The notes beneath the pieces are model-generated. The model was not told the origin of the DNA. It saw nothing but the letters and a program-made list of their open reading frames with translations, and ran no database searches. A DNA stretch of 64,000 nucleotides from Balanoglossus misakiensis (lineage: Eukaryota > Animalia > Hemichordata). The translations under genes and the position numbers were made by a program. This document shows, one piece after another, positions 25,391 to 36,626 of this stretch (its first letter is position 1; each line of letters opens with the position of its first letter). Location of the stretch: positions 13,085,129 to 13,149,128 of the forward strand of contig CM082576.2 of NCBI GenBank assembly GCA_040954595.2. The letters run 5' to 3'.

Positions 25391-28300
25391 CTAGAAGTTG
25401 GTCCTAACTTCCCATTGCTGGTAATCTGAAGTCTCGTCCTGGCATCCTGTAGAACAGTCCGACATTCCATCCATGCGAAAGAAGGATAGACGGGTGTCCA
25501 TATCATCCAGGAATTTGTGAAGTGATCGAACGCTGTATGCAACATCACGCAACATTGCTGGTTCCTGTGATCCCTGCATAAGATAGACAGAGAGAGAACT
25601 TCATCAATATTGATCCATCAGGTTTTCAAGGAATATTCCAGGTCATCAGTTTTCAAAGAAAATTGGAATTTAAGCATCCTTTCTAGGAATATTTGAGATC
25701 AGAAATACCACTGCTAAAATTGGTTGCATTACTTTTCTGAATTGTCCTATGTGTGATTTATTGCTAAATTATCCATGAAAATATACGTGAAATTTTCTTA
25801 AGTATTTCTCCTTATCTCAGATCCCATTCATACATTTACATACCTTCAATGCCAGTCGTCTCTGATCTCTGATCATAGTTTCAACTCCATCAATGACAAC
25901 ATGCATCTCTTGAATTTGTTCCTTCAGTAGGCTGTAGTCATTCACACGACCAGTGACACATACAGAGTCAATGCGACTCTTGTTGCTGGAGGTTGATGCA
26001 ATGTCAGAGCTGAATGCTTCAACTTCTGGTGGGTAAAATGCACAAAGAACAACACTTAATATGTAGTTGTGTGGATACACAACTTAGGAAGAAAATGAGC
26101 TTTTCATTTGGCAACATGGACGGGTTGCAAGTCAGTGACAACTGTTGTCACTAACAGCTGCAGTATTTCAGAATATAACTTTTTACCAAATATAAAACTT
26201 CTGTAGAGTCTAATGTTTGCTGTAGGCAAGACTAACTTATTTATTTCAAATATGTATGAAACTTACCATCATCTCCTTCAGAAGAAGCTGCCATATTTGC
26301 CTGAAGCTGTTCACACAGACTGCCAGTGGTATCCATAGTCTCTTCCAGGAAGTTTTGCAAGACTTGTATTTCCTCTAAGTATTTTGCAATTACCACGCTT
26401 GCTTCAGTGTTTTCAAGTGCCAATGCTGTGTTTCCAAATAAGCCATGTTGTGACTGTTGTCCAGTGAATGCAGACCTAAGCCTCTTGTTTTCCTCTTCAA
26501 GTACTTTCTTTTCTTTGTCAATGCTGTCTTTCATGGATACGGCCCTGGCAAGCTGTTTCTTTAGGTTCTCATTTTTGGCATTGAGTTCCTGCATCTTTTG
26601 GTAGCTGACAGTAGGGGCCCCTTCAGTGTAGGAATCACCCATAGGGGTCACGTACTTCACATCAGGTAACGAGTCGAGGCTTGAGTTGCTGCTGGTGAGT
26701 GATGGTGTACGTGTACGAAGGCCCAAGTCTTTGCTGCTGCGTGCAGTAGAGAATGGCGAGGTATGTTTCAGGTCAAACTCCCCAAAGTGGAGGTGTTCAC
26801 TGCTCCTGCCAACTCGTGGGGACCCAGGAGGAATGATGCCAGCAGACTTCATCTTGTTGCGGTACACTTTATTCTTGTGCGACAGACAGCGCACAGTGGC
26901 TTCAGTACGCTCCAGTTTCTTCTTGCTTTCCTCCAGTTGGGATCTCAGGTACTCAGCTTGCTCTATCAAACCTTCGGACACCTCGTTGGCGGTATCTATA
27001 TCATCCTGTAGATTCAAAGACTCTTCCTGTGACATTCGCAGTTCTTTCAACAGTCTTTCCACCTCAGTGGCCATGTTAACAAGCAACTTGGAATTCACAT
27101 TTGGACAATCCCTTTCTTCAGTGGTCACAATCAATTGTTTATATAAAGCCTTGGATTCTCTCAGCTCAGCTTTCACATTCTCCAGTTCTGCCTCTATGTC
27201 TTCTTTCTGATTCTTCATGTCATCCATTTTAGTGTTGAGTAAGGCACTTTCTTCAGTAGTGGTCTCATGGACTTGTTTATATAAAAAGCGAAGCCCTTCA
27301 GATCGAGTCTTGGAATCTCTCAACTCAGCTTTCAGATGTTCCAGCTCTGCCTCTATGTCTGCTTTTTCTTTCTTCATGTCATCCATTTTAGTATTGAGTA
27401 AGGCACTTTCTTCAGCAGTGGTCTCATGGACTTGTTTATATAAAAAGCGAAGCCCTTCATATTGAGTCTTAGAATCTCTCAGCTCAGCTTTCACCTTCTC
27501 CAGTTCTGCCTCTATGTCTTCTTTTTGTTTCTTCACGTCATCCATTTTAGCTAGTAAGTCGCTGTCTACAGCAGGACTTGTTTCTCTGGGGAATGGTGAC
27601 TTCGGCTCAGCAGTGTCTGCTGGGATCTCAAGCAAGCATACCTTGTTTGCTTTGGTCTGGTCATCATTCTCACTTTGGAGGTTGCTCTTTCCAGCAATCA
27701 GATCTCCATTGGCAGTGTTCACTTCCTCCTGAAGCGTCTGGAGTTCCTCCTTGAGTTTATCATAGTCTTCTTTAGACGTGCTGATCTGATGCCCAAGTTT
27801 TTCTAACAGGACCCTGCATTCGACTTTCTCCTTCAGGTTCTGAATCTCCTGGTCTTTTTCTTGTATCAGTAGTTTTGCCTGGTCAAGTTGCTCTTTGAAA
27901 ACAGCTGCAACACTGTAATAGGCATCCTTGGGTGAGCTGTCTTGGTTTGCAGGCTGCCTAATTCGCAAGGTGCGACTACGGATTTTGGCTTCATTGAGTT
28001 CCATCTCCTGTTGGGCGATGCTTTGCTTGAGCATGGGAACAGAATCCATTTCAGCTGCAACAGTGTCAGCATCCTTGGGTGAGCTGTCTTGGTTTGCAGG
28101 CTGCCTAATTCGCAAGGTGCGACTACGGATTTTGGCTTCATTGAGTTCCATCTCCTGTTGGGCGATGCTTTGCTTGAGCATGGGAACAGAATCCATTTCA
28201 GCTGCAACAGTGTCAGCATCCTTGGGTGAGCTGTCTTGGTTTGCAGGCTGCCTAATTCGCAAGGTGCGACTACGGATTTTGGCTTCATTGAGTTCCATCT

Positions 28301-31300
28301 CCTGTTGGGCGATGCTTTGCTTGAGCATGGGAACAGAATCCATTTCAGCTGCAACAGTGTCAGCATCCTTGGGTGAGCTGTCTTGGTTTGCAGGCTGCCT
28401 AATTCGCAAGGTGCGACTACGGATTTTGGCTTCATTGAGTTCCATCTCCAGTTCAGAATCCTCCCGACCAGGGATGCTTTGGCCATCATCACAGACATTC
28501 TCATCAGGTGTGCTGATAGTCGTCTTTGTTGAATCTTTGGTCAGTTTCACAGTGTCACCTGCAGTGCTGCAAACTGATTCATTTACGCATAATGCTTCAA
28601 CCAGTTCATTCTCAAGTTGATTGCTGCCAGTGGGAGTGTCCTTTATCTCAGTCTTTAAAGTGTTGCTTTCACACTTGTTGATATTGGCAACATCTCCTGT
28701 TTGACAATTTAGATGAATGTATTACTATCTTTCAAGTTAAATCTGTAGCTCTTTCAAACATTTTCAAATGCATTATACAAAAATTAAAAGATTGAACTAC
28801 TCCATGCGTAATTTCCTTGTATGGGTAGTAGTGAACTAGCTGACCCATTAAAACAGTACATTGAGCTTGTTTCAGTAAGTTGAAAAACATAAATTGCCTA
28901 TCAAAAGAAAATACCCAAAATAATTTCAAAAGTGACTTTGAAACACACTGACCTTCTTCACTTCCGATACCACTGGAAGTTGAGGACTGAATCAACTGCT
29001 TTCCCAACTCTTCCTTAGGGGCAACACTTTTCTTATTACTTTCCCGGAGTAAACGGCTCAGCCCTTCTAGCATAGCCACTTCACACATCAATGACTCTCT
29101 CTTCTTGCAGTCAGACGCAGGGCTATTCTCTGTCATATTCTTATACATGGCCTTTGCAGTATGGAAGGCAGGTTTAAGAATCCCAACTTCTTTCAGTTGT
29201 TCTTCCGCAGCATTTTGTACCTGTCAGAAAAAAAGAAAAGAAAAGAAAATGTAAGTCTTACATTTGTGATTTTTTTTACCCATAAGATGATTGAATTTAT
29301 TACCATGATTATGATATTGGCTATGGTACAGGTAAGAATGTTTTAATTTCTTAAAGATTATCAGAAAGGTAATTTTGTAATACTGTTGGTTATCTTTCAT
29401 ACTGCTGTGTATGACTGAGTTTATCAGCTGAACTTGTGGACAAGTACAAGTTGCAAAAGAAATACATTTCTATTTGGGAATTCATTCTAGATCAAATGTC
29501 GCAATTTGAAACTAGCACAAACATAAAAACTGTATCTTTCTCTTACTTTGCCTTCAGCCTGTTGTTCCAGTTCTTCACTTTGCTTGTTGATTGTCTCCTC
29601 CATAGCAGACATCATTTCACGCTGACTTGCAAGATCATCCTCAGGTGTGCTGGAAGTCTTTGTTGATGAATCTTTGGTCAGTTTCACAGGGACATCAGTG
29701 TCACCAGTGCTGCAAACTGATTCATTTACGCACGATGATTCAACCACTTCACTCTCAAGTTGATTGCTGCCAGTGGGAGTATCCTTAATCTCAGTCTTCA
29801 AAGTGTTGCTTTCACACTTGTTGATATTGGCAACATCTCCTGTTTGACAATTCAGATGAATGTATTATTATTATCTTTCAAAGTTAAATATGCAGCTCTT
29901 TCAAACATATTCAAATTCATTATACAAAAATTAAAAGATGAAAGTATTCAATGCGTAATTTCCTTGTATGGGTAGTAGTGAACTAGATGAACCATGAAAC
30001 AGTACATTGAGCTTGTTTCAATAAGTTGAACAACATAAATTGCCTGTCAAAAGAAAATAACGAAAATAATGTCAAAACTGCAAAAGTGACTTTGAAACAC
30101 ACTGACCTTCTTCACTTCCGATACCACTGGAAGTTGAGGACTGAATCAACTGCTTTCCCAACTCTTCCTTCGGGGCAACACTTTTCTTATTACTTTCTCG
30201 GAGAAAAGAGCTCAGCCCTTCTAGCATAGCCACTTCACACATCAATGACTCTCTCTTCTTGCAGTCAGACGCAGGGCTATTCTCTGTCATATTCTTATAC
30301 ATGGCCTTTGCTGTATGGAAGGCAGGTTTAAGAATCCCAACTTCTTTCAGTTGTTCTTCCGCAGCATTTTGTACCTGTCAGAAAAAAAAGAAAGAAAAGA
30401 AAATGTAAGTCTTACACTTGTCATTTTTTTTACCCATAAGATGATTGAATTTATTACCATGATTATGATATTGGCTATGGTACAGGTAAGAATGTTTTAA
30501 TTCCTTAAAGATTATCAGAAAGGTAATTTTGTAATACTGTTGGTTATCTATCATACTGCTTTGTATGGCTGAGTTTATCAGCTGACAACTTGTGGACAAG
30601 TACAAGTTGCAAAAGAAATAAATTTCTATTTGGGAATTCATTCTAGATCAAATGTCGCAATTGGAAACTAGCACTAACACAAAAACTGTTTCTTTTTTCT
30701 TACTTTGCATTCAGCCTGTTGTTCCAGTTCTTCACTTTGCTTGTTGATTGTCTCCTCCATAGCAGACTTCATTTCGCGCTGACTTGCAAGATCATCCTCA
30801 GATGTGCTGATAGTCTTTGTTGATGAATCTTTGGTCAGTGTCACAGGGACATCAGTGTCACCAGTGCTGCAAACTGATTCATTTACGCACGATGATTCAA
30901 CCACTTCACTCTCAAGTTGATTGCTGCCAGTGGGAGTGTCCTTTATCTCAGTCTTCAAAGTGTTGCTTTCATTATTGGCAACATCTCCTGTTTGACAATT
31001 CACATGAATGTATTACTATCTTTAAAAGATAATATGCAGCTCTTTCAAACATATGTTTGAACATACATAAATTCCTAGTATGGGTAGTGAACTAGATTAA
31101 CCATTAAAACAGAACATTGAGCTTGTTTTAGTAAGTAGAACAAACTAAAACGCCTGTAAAAAGAATTACTGTCAAAAGTGAATTTTAAACAAACTGACCT
31201 TCTTCACTTCCGATACCATTGGAAGTTGAGGACTGAATCAACTGCTTTCCCAACTCTTCCTTAGGGGCAACACTTTTCTTATTACTTTCCCGGAGAAAAG

Positions 31301-34300
31301 AGCTCAGCCCTTCTAGCATAGCCACTTCACACATCAATGACTCCCTCTCCTTGCAGTCAGACGCAGGGCTATTCTCTGTCATATTCTTATACATGGCCTT
31401 TGCTGTATGGAAGGCAGTTTGAAGGATCCCATCTTCCTCCAGTTGTTCCTCAACAGCATTTTGTACCTGTCAGAAAAGAAAGAAGATATGTTTTAATTTT
31501 TTTTAAATTAATCAGAAAGGTAATTATTATGGAATACTATCAGTCATCTATCATACTGCTGTGTATGACTGAGCTTATCAGCTGACAATTTGAGGACAAG
31601 AGCAACTTGTAAAAGAAATAAATTTGAATTTGGGACTTCATTCTAGACCAAATGTTGCACTCTGAAACCACACAGCACAAACATAAAAACTGTATCTTTT
31701 TTCTTACTTTGCATTCAGCCTGTTGTTCCAGTTCTTCCTTCTGCTTGTGGATTGTCTCCTCCATAGCAGAAATCATTTCACGCTGACTTGCAAGATCATC
31801 CTCAGATGTGCTGATATTCGTCGTCGATGAATCTTTGGTCAGTTTCATAGGGACAGTGTCACTAGTGCTGCAAACTGCTTCATTTACACACGATGCTTCA
31901 ACCAGTTCACTTTCAAGTTGATTGCTGCCAGTGGGAGTATCCTTAATCTCAGTCTTCAAAGTGTTGCTTTCATTATTGGCAACATCTCCTGTTTGACAAT
32001 TCACATGAATGTATTACTATCTTTCAAAGATAATGTATGCAGCTCTTTCAAACATATGTTTGAACATACGTAAATTCCTTGTATGATTATTGAACTAGAT
32101 GACCCATTAAAACAGTACATTGAGCTTGTTTCAGTAAGTTGAACAACATTAATTGCTTATCAAAAGAAAATACCCAAAATAATGTCAAAAAAGAATTTGA
32201 AACACACTGACCTTCTTCACTTCCGATACCACTGGAAGATGGGGACTGAATCAACTGCTTTTCCAACTCTTCCCTAAGAGCAATGCTCTCCTTAACACTT
32301 TCCCGTAGATTACAGCTCAGCTCTTCTACGATAACCAGTTCACACATCAAGGACTCTGTCTCCATGCAGTCATACACAGGGCCAAAGGGTGGGCTATTCT
32401 CTACCATGTTGTTGTACATCACCTTCGCTGTATGGAAGGCAGTTTTAAGGATCTCAACTTCTTTCAGTTGTTCTTCCACAGCATTTTGTAACTGTCAGGA
32501 AAAAGGGAAAAGATATGTTTTAATTTTTTAAAGATTAAACAGAAAAATAATTTTATGTACAAAATGTAATACTGTTTGTCATCCATCATAGCGGTGTATG
32601 TGTATGACTGAGCTTATCAGCTGACAATTTGAGGACAAATGCAATTTTCAAAAGAAATAAATTTGAATTTGGGACTTCATTCTAGATCTAATGTCGCATT
32701 TTGAAACTAGAACACAAGCACAAAAATTGTATCTTTTTCCTACCTTGCATTCAGCCTTTTGATCCAGTTCTTCCTTCTGCTTGTGGATTGTCTCCTCCAT
32801 AGCAGACATCATTTTATGCTGACTTGCAAGATCATCCTGATCTTTCCTACAAAACAAAATGAAATCATGACAATTTTCACTGGTGATAACATATTCAGAC
32901 AGTATCTGTACAATTTTACACCAAACTAGGGCAATGCATACAACATTTGAATATGACGACGTAGATGAGTTCATCAATTTTCCAGAAATTCCAAAATATA
33001 AATTTCCACTCACTTTGTCTCCATTAACAGTTGTTGGTTGGTGCTCAAAAGCTGCATAACACGCTTTTTTAACTTGATGTTCTGATAGAAAGAAAAATCG
33101 AAACGGATGAAGTATACCAAAAACGGTTTGGAAAAAAAATGTGTGAACTGAAGCCAGTTGTTACAGTAGGCATGAGATAGAGTTTTGAGCATATGTTGAG
33201 AATTGAACCTCTGGACTGTCCAGTGGTCAATATCACCGCATCATCTCTCAGGTCATGTTATATCAATTTTTCTTCTGAATAACGTAAACACATCATAATC
33301 GATCACAGCATAATGCAGTATAAGTTATCCTATTATAGCTGAAGTCCTAACTAGCTACTCCACTCTACCTCTTTCCAAAGCAGGTCTTTCTTTTGAACTA
33401 ATGCCTTGAGCATGTCCATGGGATCCTAGAATTAAGATGAATAAAGCTATATGAGAACGTGCAAATTTCAGGTGGTGAAAATGGAGTTTGTATGAATTAG
33501 AGGTGTTCCTCAGATACTGATTGAGGAAATGATTGTTACGTGTAACTGATATATTGTCAGTGACTACCAAGTACATGTATGGGTATATGTTTGACAAGCG
33601 CTTGTATAATGCCACTTACTTGACTGACATTGGCTTCGTTGCTGGTGTCCATCAACTCAAGACGCATCCGTTCAACCATACGGAAGATCATCTTCTTGAG
33701 TTTGAGATTTTCCTTTTTCAAGGAACTTTCCAACTGTGGAAAGAAAACAAAGTCAACACATTTTAACAGATACAATACTGGAAATTCAAGCTAAGTACAG
33801 TAGGGACTGCTGCATTGTTTTGATATAAAATAGTAAACAATAAACAACACTTTACTTACTGGAACTAACATGTTGATATTCTGTGTATATGGTACGAGTA
33901 CGTCTTCACAGAGTAAAATATGCGCAGTAGAAATAACACGCTGTGAAAAGAAAATATTAACAGTAAGATTAGACAAACAGCCTCCTTTATGCTTTACAAA
34001 GAAACCTTCCTCAGTTAATTCCTCACTAAAACTACACAATAAAATAGAAGATGTCAACCTGATCAAAGGGAACTGGATGCTTTGTCAAAAAGGATTTCCC
34101 ATAATACAAAATAATCCCACAGTAAATTCATCCCTGTCATAAATCTATGATGTCCAAATTACCCAGAGATTGTAAACACCAAAAAAATAACTTCAACAAC
34201 TTATGAAATCTTGTAAAACGATCCTTAGATTATGGACAAAGTATGCTAAACTCGCCTCAGTCAGCTTGTATGAGTCAGTGTTATGATGCACAGAATTTTG

Positions 34301-34306
34301 GAACAT
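25391..34306 (-). CDS. Divergent myomegalin (PDE4DIP)/CDK5RAP2-family coiled-coil protein, about 1709 aa
   Basis: Phase-consistent exons (minus): 34306-34256 (GC donor, tentative), 33733-33620, 33425-33369, 33081-33014, 32846-32744, 32491-32212, 31988-31708, 31466-31199, 30987-30704, 30374-30107, 29839-29547, 29220-28953, 28696-26267, 26025-25844, 25573-25391; total 5130 nt. Similarity to recalled family motifs: LKKENLKLKKMIFRMVERM ~ CM1 LKKENFxLKLRIYFLEERM; VTGRVNDYSLLKEQI ~ VIGHIDDYSALREQI; SVRSLHKFLDDMDTRLSFF ~ STSALHHALEESASLLTMF. Confidence 0.75.
27135..27549 (-). repeat. 159-bp (53-aa) coding tandem repeat, about 2.6 copies
   Basis: KMDD..KEDIEAELE..KAELRDSK unit; anchor tccatttta at 27541, 27382 and 27223. 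Confidence 0.9.
27922..28449 (-). repeat. 147-bp (49-aa) essentially identical coding tandem repeat, about 3.6 copies
   Basis: Unit EMELNEAKIRSRTLRIRQPANQDSSPKDADTVAAEMDSVPMLKQSIAQQ; anchor gcatccttgggtgag at 27922, 28069, 28216 and 28363. Confidence 0.95.
28505..32837 (-). repeat. Four-unit tandem duplication (about 1.0-1.15 kb per unit) of exon-plus-intron modules
   Basis: Near-identical exons (…KQLIQSSxSSGIGSEEG) at 28953, 30107, 31199 and 32212. Near-identical introns, e.g. the spurious intronic ORF MEGRFKNPNFF recurs at 29161 and 30315. Confidence 0.93.
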
Positions 34307-34360
34307 TAAATGGAACACTGCATTGTTACTGTTGCCATGATATCAGAATCATGTGACTTT

Positions 34361-34883
34361 ATGCAAATCACATGCTACAGAACTTTTTTCCCTAATTTGC
34401 ATATGACAAGTTTATATTCTGATCAGCCACGAAAAACTGGCCAAATTTCACTGAATTAATTTCCTCAAACTTAACTGTGCCCATATTGACAGAAAAATTA
34501 AGTTTACATATTAAAATCAAACTTCAAAAATAAATATATGCCTGTAAGAACTAGAAAAAAAAACATATATTGATTTCCCTTGTTAAATGTCAGTGAAAGA
34601 AGATGCAACCCATCCATGTTTGCTTGTTGAAAAGCATCTCAGTGACAGCCACACACAAATTTACAAGAACAGTGATTTCCAAAGCATCAGTAGATAGTAT
34701 ACTAAACATAAAACTTGAATGAAAAATGAAAACTTCAGAGAAAGTGTAAAATCGTCTAAGAAACTGGCTATTAAACGTGTCGTACCTGTTCAGCATATGG
34801 CTGTCAGTGTTGCTATGTACAAAACGTGGAACTTTAGAACACGGTTGCGATAGTATTTGCATGTCATGTGACGAAATGCAAAT
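34361..34883. promoter_or_regulatory. Cluster of four perfect octamer (ATGCAAAT) motifs upstream of the myomegalin-like gene
   Basis: ATGCAAAT at 34361 and 34876; ATTTGCAT at 34395 and 34855. Confidence 0.45.
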
Positions 34884-36626
34884 CGCCGCAAAACTTTTTT
34901 CTTGTTCGTTTGCATAATGCATACGAGAACTTTGCAGGCTGTCTGCTTTTATGTGTCATTGTCCAACTAAAGTATCTGTAATATAAATAAAACGATTATA
35001 ATAGCTAAATTGTAGGTCTAAGATTGGAAATTTGTCAAAAGATCGACTCACAATACTGAGTGATAGGCACTATGGGTTATCGTTTCTGAAAAAATCATTG
35101 GTTCGCCGCTCAGAAGAAAGCACAAAAAACACTGAATGTGTTTCCTATGTTATTTCTCTCTGGGAATTTTATGTTCTCTTATATTTTGGTCCACAACCAA
35201 AAATTCATACATAAATCCACAGACTTTTCATCATTTATGAGCCCTTAGGGAGAAAGTTCCTGTTACTCGGCGTTGTAACTTCATATATGAACAATGAGTC
35301 GAGTCAGATGTAAAAATGTGAAAAAATGGTCTCGCACAAAATCTTGGAAAAACATACCCGCAAATGCTACCAGGGAACGCGTTATGGTCTCCTAAGATCA
35401 GGTAATCCATTACTTGACTGCCGGTGGAAATATGTCCGGAAAACATGTCAAAAGTTGTGGTGGATATGGAAAGTGAACAAAACGGTCGTTCTGTTACCAA
35501 GGCATTTGCCGCCATGTTGGATGCACGTATAAACTCACGCATGTGCACTACTGCTGTTGTCTGCGGATTTCGATACATTCATTTTGATACATTCTGTCTG
35601 ATTAAAATCGGACGTAGAGTACGGCGACGTTTTTTAACTTTTTACGCAGCATTTTCTTATGCTGTCGCTTCACACTGCGACAGCATGACATAATACCTCG
35701 TAAAAACGCGTAAGTAAGAGACGTTACCGTACTCCACATCCGAGTTTCATAATCATTTGTCAGTCAAACAGTACCGAACTAAAAACTTATATTTTTTTGT
35801 TATAAAGCTCAGTATATAATATACAGGCCTATATGACTGTTTTACCCTGATTGGTTGCTCTACTAAAAATTGGAAATAAAAGTTTCATTAATTAACCCCA
35901 TCAAAACCACTTTAAAAACTACACCTTCTGGACAAATAAAATTTAAAATGTTTTTATTCAACGTGAAAACTTTCTTTGAAAATATACACCACAAATGTTG
36001 ACTGTTGTTTGTTTCATGCTTTATCACAGCATTTATTTATTGCATCCTGTCATGAAAATTTCATCCATGCTGATCAGACACAAAGTGAAGAAACCTTTCT
36101 CAGTAGTGTGAGTGAGTACAAAAGACTGCTGCACTGTAGGAGGAAATGGAGGAGAGTATTTGCCACTGATAAGGTCCTCTTGTAACCACAGTTACCCAGA
36201 TCACCTGCGTCGCTTTGTGAAAATGTCATCAGACTCTCTGGTACTCTCAAAGACTTCAGCTTTATGCCAGCAATGATCCACAACTTTCTTAAACACTTTC
36301 CTCTGTGGACCCTGCATTGTTCCAGTTGTTAAGTTTGGGGGGGGGGGGGGGGGTCAAAGTTCGAAGACTATTACAGCATCCATTCTGGAATCTCTCTCTT
36401 TATGAATCTGTCTTCATAGTGTTCATCTGTGTGCTGCAAGTACAGAAGAGAATAGAAGTTGAATCTCCATCAACAAACGATGATAGTTCATTGTCAACAA
36501 CATCCAACAACAAAGCATAGCATTTCTGTTCTATTCTTCAAATGAGTGACTGGTTCACATCTGTACAGATGGTCTATGTAGATTTACCCATGTTATGAAA
36601 GTGTGCCACAATTTTTTTGAACACTG

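Noticed and set aside
27866-28620. 212-aa and 230-aa repetitive ORFs in other frames
   Set aside because: By-products of the stop-free 147-bp repeat in the real minus-strand exon.
35050-35700. CpG-richer block with short ORFs between the myomegalin-like gene and MRPL48
   Set aside because: No recognisable protein motif, splice chain or terminal repeats, so no call can be supported.
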